IMG/VR virus record: IMGVR_UViG_3300028048_000059
Location: 93,490 to 157,489 of that record
From: a virus
Taxonomy: Duplodnaviria; Caudoviricetes
Strand: one strand, 5' to 3'
Length of the DNA stretch: 64,000 nucleotides
Shown here: in pieces, positions 18,625 to 27,016 of the stretch
Layout: every line of letters begins with the position of its first letter
Position numbering within the stretch: the first letter of the stretch is position 1
Translations under genes and position numbers: made by a program
Notes under the pieces: model-generated
What the model was told of the DNA's origin: nothing
The model's input: the letters and a program-made list of their open reading frames with translations, nothing else
Database searches by the model: none

Positions 18625-19046
18625 TCGCTTACCTCAATTCCATGCTCACAAAGCCATTGTTGAATTATACGTCTCTCACTACATGGATTTTGCGGAGTTT
18701 CATACACTAAGAATGCAAAATCTACATGTGATAAATTTTCTTCTTGTTTAATTTGTTCTTCTAAGCGCGATAAATTTGTAATAAATTTTTGAAAATCAAT
18801 TTTATCCAATTGCTTCTTATAAGCAATTAAAAATTGACAATCATTTGGATGCTTTGGATTACATTTACCATTACACAATCCATCACAACTATGTCCCGGT
18901 TTAAGCGGCGGACAGTCAATCCATAGCGCGCCATTTTTATCGCGGCCCTTTTGGAGCCACTTAGGATTCCAAACTGCGGTTGAACATCCTACCAACGTTG
19001 GCGGAAAATTTCTTAATTGAGCAAAATATGATGTATATAATTTCAT
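18612..19046 (-). CDS. DUF488-like hypothetical protein
   Basis: MKLYTSYFA start; L.YE.P...C.R motif. Confidence 0.55.
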   Translation of the reverse strand: MKLYTSYFAQLRNFPPTLVGCSTAVWNPKWLQKGRDKNGALWIDCPPLKPGHSCDGLCNGKCNPKHPNDCQFLIAYKKQLDKIDFQKFITNLSRLEEQIKQEENLSHVDFAFLVYETPQNPCSERRIIQQWLCEHGIEVSEWKK

Positions 19047-19050
19047 AATC

Positions 19051-19639
19051 GATGCGAAAATACCCGTCTTAATAAAATCATTGCGGCCTTCGCCATACTT
19101 GTATTATTCTTCTAACATATTCAGTCACGTTGCAGATAGAGGCTGAGCAACAGGTGATCGGCCTGCACTTCTCTACCCTTTGAACCAACGAGGAGGTTGC
19201 TTACTCCCAAATTTCACCCGAACCATTCAGCAAATAACGCAAAATGCGCAACTTATTATACTACTTTCTCGCTGCTTTGGGCTACTTTCACCCCAAACCT
19301 TACTTATAGACCATTTCTGGCTTTCAACAGCAAAAACATCTTATGGATTTTCTTGAGTTTGATACAGTCTCCGGCTAAACCCTTATCAAGATTCAGTCTA
19401 CGCTTTTAACGCCTGACTTCTATTATGATGCCGTAAGGAATGGTACTTTTGTTAGCGAATAACCAAGCGCATGCTCATAACATTAGAAATTTCTTCCTAT
19501 CGCTCATCATCGCTGATTTTGCGGCCGCGTTAAGTAAGTATCCCAACCTAACGTATGGCTGTTTTGCGAGCATCCTAAGCAGTGTGGTTAGCACTTCTGC
19601 ACTTAGTTCAATCATTTTATTAAGACGAGTATTTTCATC
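19051..19639 (-). ncRNA. Large ornate RNA, ROOL-like (~590 nt)
   Basis: Long closing stem (19056-19083 with 19609-19636); own promoter; CUGAAUGGU..GGUGAAA, AAAGGGUAGAG, GCUCAG and GUGACUGAA segments match my recollection of ROOL; located in a tRNA island. Confidence 0.8.
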
Positions 19640-19658
19640 CTCTCTTTGTTATGTATTT

Positions 19659-19687
19659 ATTATACCATAAATTTTAAATAAAGTCAA
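19659..19687 (-). promoter_or_regulatory. Sigma-A promoter driving the ROOL-like RNA
   Basis: TTGACT-17-TATAAT with extended -10 TG. Confidence 0.85.
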
Positions 19688-19911
19688 CTCTTTTTTGTAA
19701 TAAATTTCATCTCAATTTTAGTTCCCCCTGGAATATCAAAATCAGAGAAATAATCTGGTGGAAGCTCACAAATAATACTGGAACCTTCGATATTGAATCT
19801 ATTACAATACTTTTCAAAACCGTTGCCAATAAGAGTTTTCATTAGCCACTTGTGAATAGATTTAATAAACTCAGTCTTAGTGGCGGCCGCAGTAAGAACT
19901 TTCTTTTCCAT
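19684..19911 (-). CDS. Hypothetical protein
   Basis: ORF track; promoter at 19936-19964. Confidence 0.65.
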   Translation of the reverse strand: MEKKVLTAAATKTEFIKSIHKWLMKTLIGNGFEKYCNRFNIEGSSIICELPPDYFSDFDIPGGTKIEMKFITKKS

Positions 19912-19969
19912 ACTCTATCCCCTTTCAACATATTTATTATAACATAATTTTTATTTAAAGTCAAATATT

Positions 19970-20044
19970 TGGAGCCACAGACCGGAGTCGAACCAGTAAC
20001 CTAATCATTACAAGTGATTTGCGCTGCCATTGCGCCACTGTGGC
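19970..20044 (-). tRNA. tRNA-Thr(TGT)
   Basis: GCCACAG/CTGTGGC acceptor; AATCA-CTTGTAA-TGATT anticodon arm; TTCGACT T-loop; CCA. Confidence 0.95.
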
Positions 20045-20069
20045 ATAGAATGCGGGATGGGCCCGCATT

Positions 20070-20606
20070 TTAGAAGGGAAGTACCATATCGTCTGTGCTC
20101 GCCTTATAAGAAACTGGCTTATCTGTGCAATAAAATACACCTTCGCGTTCTACAAAAATTTCCTTTGCGATCTCTTGATATAGAGTTGAGCATTGTCCAT
20201 AATAGTCTCCGAGGTCATCCGTATAGAACTGTACTACACGATTTTGGAAAACGATATAATACATATTGTTTGAAAATACACAAGGGAGAACTCGGGTAAA
20301 ATTTAACGCAGGATTACCCTCAAAGGCCGTAATGAAAAGCTCATCAATGTCCATCTTTGTCGGACGGCGTAGGGCCGCCACGCCATTGGCCGGCACGACA
20401 GTCACCTTGACAGTAACATTGCCAAAAGTCTTCTCTGGAAGCAGAATCTGCGCAATTGCATCTGCCTTTTCGCCATCTTCTACATATACCTTAATTTCAG
20501 GAGTAGCCTCATCATAAATTACATGCACCTGATCATCATTCTTAAACATTGCATGAATCTGGCGGTAAAAAATTGTCCATGGAGCAGAGAGTTGAAACGT
20601 TGCCAT
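20070..20606 (-). CDS. Conserved hypothetical phage protein
   Basis: ORF track; GAGG RBS. Confidence 0.7.
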   Translation of the reverse strand: MATFQLSAPWTIFYRQIHAMFKNDDQVHVIYDEATPEIKVYVEDGEKADAIAQILLPEKTFGNVTVKVTVVPANGVAALRRPTKMDIDELFITAFEGNPALNFTRVLPCVFSNNMYYIVFQNRVVQFYTDDLGDYYGQCSTLYQEIAKEIFVEREGVFYCTDKPVSYKASTDDMVLPF

Positions 20607-20711
20607 AATTATTTTACCTCATTTCTTAATTATAAATAGGAGCATATTGTGCTTGCTTAACACGTGACCAAGAAGAAGAAAAAACAAGATGAGTGCGGCG
20701 CTTAGTCATAA

Positions 20712-21002
20712 TTAATTATCCTCCTCAATATCCTTGAATCGGTCCTTATTACGTCTATCACGAATAGGCGCGGTGTCAGCCCGCGGCGGCTTGTTTGGAT
20801 TTTCCTTTCGATCAAATTGCTCTTTAAGCCGCGGCTCAATAGGCGAATTTTTTGAATAAAAATGTCTTGGCTTACGGAATTCAGTCACATCGTACTTGTC
20901 ACGTAGAATGTTTTCACGCTTACGCGCATACTTCCACGCTTGCTTACGCTTCTTTGAGATTTCATCAACAAAAACAGGTGCCTCAAAAATATTGTCTTCC
21001 AT
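20712..21002 (-). CDS. Basic hypothetical protein
   Basis: ORF track; AAGGAG RBS. Confidence 0.6.
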   Translation of the reverse strand: MEDNIFEAPVFVDEISKKRKQAWKYARKRENILRDKYDVTEFRKPRHFYSKNSPIEPRLKEQFDRKENPNKPPRADTAPIRDRRNKDRFKDIEEDN

Positions 21003-21011
21003 AATTACTCC

Positions 21012-21224
21012 TTAAAATTCATCTTCTAGATCTTCATCTGTGACAACACCATCACGATCATCCATAATATAGAACTGAACAGTATCGACTGCATCTCCGC
21101 CATAATAATGAATAAGCTTATCAATGGCTTCACCACAGCTATAACCATAGCAGAAACCTTTTTCTTCCACATTATCATGCTTGATAACATCATCGAAATA
21201 TTTAATTTTGTAACGAAGCGTCAT
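21012..21224 (-). CDS. Hypothetical protein
   Basis: ORF track; promoter at 21260-21288. Confidence 0.6.
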   Translation of the reverse strand: MTLRYKIKYFDDVIKHDNVEEKGFCYGYSCGEAIDKLIHYYGGDAVDTVQFYIMDDRDGVVTDEDLEDEF

Positions 21225-21284
21225 TTTATTTTCTTTTCCTTTCTCTCGTTTATATAATTATTATACTATAATTTGGGCAAGAAG

Positions 21285-21482
21285 TCAAATATTTTGTTGC
21301 ATCCAATTCCAAAGAGCTGCGCTTGAACAAGTATAAGTTAGCATATCATTTAGATTCCGTACCAACCTAACTCCTTCTACTGCTGAATACTTACCAGAAC
21401 GAACATCTTGCATAACCCAATAATAAAGATTAAATACTTTCTGTTCATAAGTGAGTTTATTCCAAGAATCTCTGTCCATCAT
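21285..21482 (-). CDS. Hypothetical protein
   Basis: ORF track; promoter at 21512-21540. Confidence 0.55.
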   Translation of the reverse strand: MMDRDSWNKLTYEQKVFNLYYWVMQDVRSGKYSAVEGVRLVRNLNDMLTYTCSSAALWNWMQQNI

Positions 21483-21526
21483 CTTGTTTGCTCCCTTCAT
21501 TTGATATATTTATTATACCAGAATTT

Positions 21527-21979
21527 TTATGGTAAGTCAAATAAATATTTTTCAAAATTCTCTAATATGAATTCTTCTTCTAAGATTCGTTTACCCCAAC
21601 TGAATCTTTCATTATAATAGCCTTCGTTTAGCAGCGAAATGACAACTTTATGTTTCCCGCTAGAACAGTGAATAAAATAATTATTGCCAATATAAATACC
21701 AACATGATCTGAGAGGTCGCCATCTCCGCGATTTGTATTAAAACACACAATATCGCCTTCTTTTAATTGCGCAATTTCATTTATGGTGCAATAATTATTT
21801 GAATAGCCAATTTTCTTTGCAGAATGTGGTAAATCAATATCAAAAGTTTGTTTATAACAAAAAACCACAAAACCAGAACAATCAAATGTTTTTGGTCCTG
21901 CGGCGGCAAACCTATACGGTTTATCTAATTGTTGAGTGCATAAAGTGAGCAACATTACGATTAATGTAATGAATTTCAC
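21527..21979 (-). CDS. NlpC/P60 (C40) peptidase with signal peptide
   Basis: FDCSGF, GDIV.F, HVGIYIG and FIH motifs. Confidence 0.9.
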   Translation of the reverse strand: MKFITLIVMLLTLCTQQLDKPYRFAAAGPKTFDCSGFVVFCYKQTFDIDLPHSAKKIGYSNNYCTINEIAQLKEGDIVCFNTNRGDGDLSDHVGIYIGNNYFIHCSSGKHKVVISLLNEGYYNERFSWGKRILEEEFILENFEKYLFDLP

Positions 21980-22440
21980 TGCTCTTGCTCCTCTAACATT
22001 TTTATTGTATTTAACATAATTTGTTTTAATTGATTGTCAATTCCAAAGCGTTCAGCATTGAGTTCAATGCTTTTTAATAAATTTCCATTTTTATATCGCT
22101 CACTAGATGCTTTCCAGTCGGCAATCATTTCCATAATATCCACTAAATTCATTCCTTCAATTCCATCAGGAAAATGTTGCGGATGATGCCTATTAACAGC
22201 ATAATGATGTTCCAATGCCGGCTGCAATTCTTTTAAATTTTTTTTATATTCTTCTGATCCATATTCTAATTGAGAAATATTATCAGAATGATCTGCAAAG
22301 AGTTGAAGTTCTGGGGCAGTTAGTTTGCTCGCGTCATGTGATAAACCACGATCGGTTAGTTTGTCGGTAAATATGCGTAAATATTTACGGACTTTCTCAA
22401 TGTGATCGTATATATCAAGACGACAACTATTAATGTCCAT
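21976..22440 (-). CDS. HD-like protein (DUF5662-type)
   Basis: HD.SK, HHY..NRHHP and EM.ADW motifs. Confidence 0.75.
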   Translation of the reverse strand: MDINSCRLDIYDHIEKVRKYLRIFTDKLTDRGLSHDASKLTAPELQLFADHSDNISQLEYGSEEYKKNLKELQPALEHHYAVNRHHPQHFPDGIEGMNLVDIMEMIADWKASSERYKNGNLLKSIELNAERFGIDNQLKQIMLNTIKMLEEQEQ

Positions 22441-22458
22441 ATATCTTCCTCCTTTAAA

Positions 22459-22486
22459 TAAAAAAGCACAGCTAAAAGCTGTGCTA
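22459..22486 (-). terminator. Intrinsic terminator
   Basis: AGCACAGC/GCTGTGCT stem plus U-tract. Confidence 0.75.
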
Positions 22487-22804
22487 AATTTCCTTATATC
22501 CGTAATGAGTAAGAAGCTGCCGCATATTTGCCGCGCCAACAGGGTTCATGCTGTGTATGCGGAAATACAGATGCGGAAAATTGTGTTTAATAATCCACAT
22601 ACAAACATCATATCCAGTTCGTGCAGATTCACCAAGGTCATGATCTAAATCAATAATAACTTGATGCCCTTGCGCCTGAGCAAGAATATGAACGGCTTCT
22701 TCATAAGAGCGGACAACATAAGGAATCCAATGTTCAGTATTTAAATATTGACGGAACCAAGTATCATCCTCACGAATATCGTCAAGATAGATATAATAAT
22801 TCAT
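22484..22804 (-). CDS. Receiver-like protein of the cyclic-phosphate-processing (RNA-repair-associated) type
   Basis: YLDD.R, LDHDLG, TGYD and IHS.NPVG motifs. Confidence 0.75.
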   Translation of the reverse strand: MNYYIYLDDIREDDTWFRQYLNTEHWIPYVVRSYEEAVHILAQAQGHQVIIDLDHDLGESARTGYDVCMWIIKHNFPHLYFRIHSMNPVGAANMRQLLTHYGYKEI

Positions 22805-22831
22805 ACTTTTAGTTCCTTTCTTTGTTACATG

Positions 22832-22906
22832 TGGTAGGACGTGAAGGAGTCGGACCTTCGTAACGATCTTATAAGGATCGCGCACTGACCGTTATGCGAA
22901 CGTCCC
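22832..22906 (-). tRNA. tRNA-Ile(TAT)
   Basis: CGATC-CTTATAA-GATCG anticodon arm; GAAGG-TCCGACT-CCTTC T-arm; ACCA end. Confidence 0.9.
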
Positions 22907-22911
22907 ATAAA

Positions 22912-23220
22912 ATGCGGTTCCTCGCAAGCGAGTCGCCGCAAGTGTAAGTTTTAATCGCGTATTAAAACCTACGGGTGCCAAAGATTTACTCCTCTGGCTT
23001 AGCGACTATATCAGTAGTTCTACTGCCAACCTCTCAATTACGCCCAAGTTGGTGAGCGGGTAGCTTGCTTGTGGTATTTCCGGATATACCTATCGTCGTA
23101 AGCAACGACGGCTTCTCATAACGAGGGAAATATATCAATAACGCTTTCCATTTTTATTGATATTCGCATTGCTCGCAAGCCTATTTACTGCGCGCTAGAT
23201 GGGCGGCTTGATTCCCTAAA
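22912..23220 (-). ncRNA. Candidate ~310-nt multi-hairpin RNA between tRNAs (family not recognised)
   Basis: At least 8 hairpins (e.g. ATATCAATAA/TTATTGATAT, GTTTTAAT/ATTAAAAC, CAAGCC/GGCTTG); no ORF. Confidence 0.55.
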
Positions 23221-23223
23221 ACT

Positions 23224-23275
23224 GTGAACCGTGTTGGAATTGCACCAACAATATAATGACTTTCTGAGCGGTTCA
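23224..23275 (-). ncRNA. tRNA-like minihelix (acceptor stem plus T-arm only)
   Basis: TGAACCG/CGGTTCA 7-bp stem stacked on TGTTGG-TGCAATT-CCAACA. Confidence 0.55.
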
Positions 23276-23359
23276 TGGTCCTCCTACTCAGAGTTGCACT
23301 GAGACGCCTTTCGGCACTTGATTTTGAGTCAAGCGTGGCTGCTATTACACCATAGGAGG
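23276..23359 (-). tRNA. tRNA-Leu(CAA)
   Basis: CCTCCTA/TAGGAGG acceptor; CTTGA-CTCAAAA-TCAAG anticodon arm; long variable arm; TGCAACT T-loop; ACCA. Confidence 0.9.
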
Positions 23360-23421
23360 TTAAACGAGAGCGTATGTACAGACGGTCTCTCCGCTCTTTC
23401 TACACATGGCAGATGAGCTAA

Positions 23422-23766
23422 TGGTGCCGGTGACCGGACTTGAACCGGTACGACCTCGCGGTCAGCGGATTTTCTTACTACTCCATATTACTATGGCCGT
23501 ATAATTACGTTGTAGTCTGGACTATGTTTTTACCATATCTTGCGACTTAGGTAGTTCCTATATAGTCTCTACACATTTAAATTGGCTGAGGAGACTCTTG
23601 TACACTCATTTAATTGCTTACATTTATCTGTCTAGCAAACCAATTATTTAGCTCGGCGTAATCCAAATTGGACTTCCGCCGAATTAGGGAACATTCACAT
23701 TAGAACTTTCGTATCTAAGTGCTCAATTTAATAAGTCCGCTGTGTCTGCCATTCCACCACACCGGC
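23422..23766 (-). tRNA. tRNA-Leu(TAA) split by a group I intron (exons 23733-23766 and 23422-23473)
   Basis: Joined exons give GCGGA-CTT^AAAA-TCCGC and a complete Leu cloverleaf with CCA. Confidence 0.93.
23474..23732 (-). mobile_element. Group I intron (IC3-like, 259 nt) in the tRNA-Leu(UAA) anticodon
   Basis: 5' exon ends in U and intron ends in G; P AATTCGGCGGAA, Q ACGCCGAGC, R GTAGAGACTA, S CATAGTCC. Confidence 0.92.
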
Positions 23767-23867
23767 ATAATACCTGATGTAATTTTAAATTACTTTACTG
23801 CATAATCTTATATTACAAAGAAAATGCTCTGATGGCTATCAGGTGTAGCCTTCTTTCTTATAAAATT

Positions 23868-23896
23868 ATTATATCATAATTTCACAAGCAAGTCAA
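23868..23896 (-). promoter_or_regulatory. Sigma-A promoter for the tRNA-Leu/Ile cluster
   Basis: TTGACT-17-TATAAT. Confidence 0.8.
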
Positions 23897-23897
23897 G

Positions 23898-24215
23898 TTA
23901 AAACCAACCGAAGAAATCAAAAAGAGTTGGAATATCATCTACCGAATGGGAAGTATAATGATAACTACCATAATCCTTTGTGAACTGCTCAATGGCTTCT
24001 CTGTACTGATGCTGCGCACTCACCATTGCCTTACGAAGTTCTTCAATCTTTGCAGCACGAGACTTACGTTCGGCCGCCAGACGTTCCTTCTCAGCCTTTT
24101 CGCGTTCTTCCTTAATCTTCGCGCGGTTTTCTTGTTCCTTAGCTGCAAATTCAGCCTTTTCGCAAGCTTCTACACTATCGTAGAGCTTCTTAGTTCTTTC
24201 ACCATAATACTTCAT
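23898..24215 (-). CDS. Coiled-coil hypothetical phage protein
   Basis: ORF track; AGGAGAGG RBS; promoter at 24296-24324. Confidence 0.7.
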   Translation of the reverse strand: MKYYGERTKKLYDSVEACEKAEFAAKEQENRAKIKEEREKAEKERLAAERKSRAAKIEELRKAMVSAQHQYREAIEQFTKDYGSYHYTSHSVDDIPTLFDFFGWF

Positions 24216-24320
24216 ATAGTATCCTCTCCTATAATTGTATTGTTGCGTTGTGTTAGGGAGAAAGTTCCTTTCCTTTTCTCCCTCACAACATATATATTAT
24301 AGCAGAATTTTAGATGAAAG

Positions 24321-24737
24321 TCAAATATTTTCTGAGATAAGAGTCCACCCAGCAGGGTAATCCGCTGGCGACCAAATATTATTATCAATTGCTGATTCAT
24401 AAATTTGGCCGTTGTAACGTACCTTATCTCCTTTCATATATGGATTTGTGCTATCCGGCTGTTCCCAATCAGGAATAACCTCTGGATCTGGGATTAATAC
24501 TTTGGCAAACAATCCCGTCGCCGCGACTGGTGTCCATACTGGTTGAGACTTGTGGTTTTGTAATACCTTATAAAGCACATCGTCATAACGCACTTTTTCT
24601 CCGGCTGTGTATTGTACTCCGTCGCCAGACCATAGGGGGTAAAGTAATTTACCCTCTAAGGCATCTGCATCATCAAGCGACTGTGCCGCTTTTTCTATCA
24701 GCGCGCGCATTTTAGTTGCTAATTCTAATAAAGTCAA
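24321..24737 (-). CDS. Tail-associated protein with two CBM5/12-like (chitin-binding-type) modules
   Basis: Y..G..VRY...LY and Y.KGDKV.YNG..Y.S...N.W.P repeats. Confidence 0.75.
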   Translation of the reverse strand: MTLLELATKMRALIEKAAQSLDDADALEGKLLYPLWSGDGVQYTAGEKVRYDDVLYKVLQNHKSQPVWTPVAATGLFAKVLIPDPEVIPDWEQPDSTNPYMKGDKVRYNGQIYESAIDNNIWSPADYPAGWTLISENI

Positions 24738-24992
24738 TTACTCCACCCCCAATATAATCTTGGCGGCCTTTAATTCTTCTGCTAACGAAGCGTTTTCATT
24801 GGCAAGAATTTCTAAATATTCATCTTTTGTGTAACCAACTAGGTTATATTGATAGCCGTGAACAGTTACATCATCAAATGTTTTTTCATATTCTTGAATA
24901 TCTGATGCTACCAATACTTCATTTGGAGTAATATCAACTGTTTTGGGGGTTGCCTCTCCATAAATTATACCATAGTTTTTCATGTAAGTCAA
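24738..24992 (-). CDS. Small tail-associated/chaperone-like protein
   Basis: Y.KDEY motif; follows the tail fibre-like gene. Confidence 0.6.
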   Translation of the reverse strand: MTYMKNYGIIYGEATPKTVDITPNEVLVASDIQEYEKTFDDVTVHGYQYNLVGYTKDEYLEILANENASLAEELKAAKIILGVE

Positions 24993-24997
24993 CCTCC

Positions 24998-26740
24998 TTA
25001 TTTGGTCGTTGGCGCCAACATTAAACGCGCACCCTTACTATAAGCACTATTATTCATTCCGTAATCATATGCATAATTAAAAAGGCCGCAATTATCACCA
25101 TGAGTGGGTGCGCCGCCAACGTATATAACATGAGGTTCGGAGAATGAACTAGATGCCCATACATAGTCGCCGACAGGCAATAGAGAAGTTGCACCACTCG
25201 CTTCTGTCGGGAAGTAAATGTGATCTTGTTCTTCATCATAACCAAAACGAGAAATCCATGAGCTTGTTTTTGAAACCGCTAATGTACTATCTGTAAGCGC
25301 GCCATTCGTTTCAACTGTGATATCACCCACAAAACGCCAACCATTGCCCCAAAGATTTTCGGCACCGCGGTAAGAAACAGAACGTTTACCAGATTCATTA
25401 AAAGTTGTAGTATTATTACCAGTGACAAGAGTAGAGCTTGTGGCCTCACCACTAGCATTACCAAGATTAGCTGTTGCACCAGTTTGCACGCTATTGTTAG
25501 TGTTTGAAGTAGACGGCAGATCCACTACGCCGCGCCCTAATGCAACTTGCGCATTTAATGAAGCATACTCAATGATAAATAACATTTGGTTGGCGCTTTC
25601 AAAAGCCATATTAGTTAATTGCCACCTACTACCACGATTGGCCGCCATGCGTTGTGCATTAGCATAAGTAAATGTACGTGATCCGCCGGCTAATGGTTTT
25701 GCGTCTGCCACAGAAGATAATTTATCATTATTAAAATCTACTGTAATACTATCATTTGTCGCATAGCGATTTTCTGACACGTCATAGCAAGACCCTTGAT
25801 ATGCAGAGAAATATACTGGCATCTTCTCATCTACAAATATTGGATGTAGATGAAAACTGGCCTGTGCTATATCAGAAATTTCCAGCCGTTCTTTTTGTAT
25901 CTTTCCATCGGTAGCCAGTAAAATAGACCTATGATAATAGAAAGGCGGCTGCTCGACCATAACCTGACCATTGCTACCATCTTCACGATAATTACTATCA
26001 CCATAATATGCTAGCACGTTGCCTAAGTCATCAACATTGCAACGACGACGTTTGTACATTGAGAAATTATCGAATGCTGCACCAGGTGTTAAATTTTCAT
26101 CATCACGTGTAACTGTACGGTTCACATAGTCAATTGTAACACCAAGTGTGATACCAGTTGGTGTTGGTGTTGGTGTTGGAGTATCGCCGCCACCATCAAT
26201 ATCTGTTTCGTCATGTGTACCAGCAACAATATGTCCATCACTGCCAACAACAACGACCTTGCCAGCATTTTGTGACCCAAGATTGGGATTACCTTCAATT
26301 TGGGACATTGCCGTTTCAAGTGCATTCAATTCAGTAGTAATGGCTTTTTGCGTCATTGTGCCGTCTTCATTCGTACCTTTTTGCTTATAATATTTAGATG
26401 TCTCTATATCATAAGTAATTAAATCGCCGGGGTATTGGAAAAGAATGGAGTTAGTTATTGCGGTGTCCGTTCTTTGATCATTATTTGCTGGTGTAAACTC
26501 AGCAATTTCTTGATCAATAACTTCTGTTAAATTAGTATCTAAACGCTCTAATATATCATTCGCTGTCGCAAGCGTCTCTTGCGCCAATTCGTTATTAGCT
26601 TGCGTTTGCTCGGTAATTGTATCAATATTAGCTACGGCCGCATTTGCATTTTTAACAGCCTGCTCGGCTTTTTTAGCATAAGAGTCGATTTGTCCAGTGG
26701 AACTCATACTCTTAGCAAGAATAATGTCTAGTATGTCCAT
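24998..26740 (-). CDS. Tail/receptor-binding protein with C-terminal C-type-lectin (Mtd-like) fold
   Basis: GQVMVE, SYRG.ENLWGN.W.F and GG....G..CG.F...G.RL motifs. Confidence 0.7.
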   Translation of the reverse strand: MDILDIILAKSMSSTGQIDSYAKKAEQAVKNANAAVANIDTITEQTQANNELAQETLATANDILERLDTNLTEVIDQEIAEFTPANNDQRTDTAITNSILFQYPGDLITYDIETSKYYKQKGTNEDGTMTQKAITTELNALETAMSQIEGNPNLGSQNAGKVVVVGSDGHIVAGTHDETDIDGGGDTPTPTPTPTGITLGVTIDYVNRTVTRDDENLTPGAAFDNFSMYKRRRCNVDDLGNVLAYYGDSNYREDGSNGQVMVEQPPFYYHRSILLATDGKIQKERLEISDIAQASFHLHPIFVDEKMPVYFSAYQGSCYDVSENRYATNDSITVDFNNDKLSSVADAKPLAGGSRTFTYANAQRMAANRGSRWQLTNMAFESANQMLFIIEYASLNAQVALGRGVVDLPSTSNTNNSVQTGATANLGNASGEATSSTLVTGNNTTTFNESGKRSVSYRGAENLWGNGWRFVGDITVETNGALTDSTLAVSKTSSWISRFGYDEEQDHIYFPTEASGATSLLPVGDYVWASSSFSEPHVIYVGGAPTHGDNCGLFNYAYDYGMNNSAYSKGARLMLAPTTK

Positions 26741-26753
26741 AAAATCGCCTCCT

Positions 26754-26984
26754 TTAATCTTTGGGTTCTTGGTCAGCTGCACTATCTCCATTCATTAATG
26801 ATATCCATTCTTTATTAGAATTTGCCATATATACATTTAAGGAATCTGGATCCTTTAATACAATTGCTACCGACCCAAGCGTAATATATTGTGGATCTAT
26901 ATTTTCCATGTCGGCAGCAGTATCGCAAACATGTTCATATGTAACAACATTATCCAAAGAACCTCTCTTTGTCATTATATTCAT
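26754..26984 (-). CDS. Small structural protein, paralog of the 27017-27640 N-terminus
   Basis: KRGS.DNVVTYEH.CDT shared motif. Confidence 0.7.
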   Translation of the reverse strand: MNIMTKRGSLDNVVTYEHVCDTAADMENIDPQYITLGSVAIVLKDPDSLNVYMANSNKEWISLMNGDSAADQEPKD

Positions 26985-27016
26985 ATTAATTCACCACCTA
27001 ATGAGAATAGAAAGGT

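Noticed and set aside
19197-19670. Plus-strand ORFs at 19197 and 19440
   Set aside because: They are antisense to the ROOL-like RNA, which has its own promoter and closing stem.
22912-23275. tmRNA or RNase P RNA
   Set aside because: No Ala acceptor with G3-U70 and CCA, no tag reading frame identified, and no GAGGAAAGUCC-type P4 signature.
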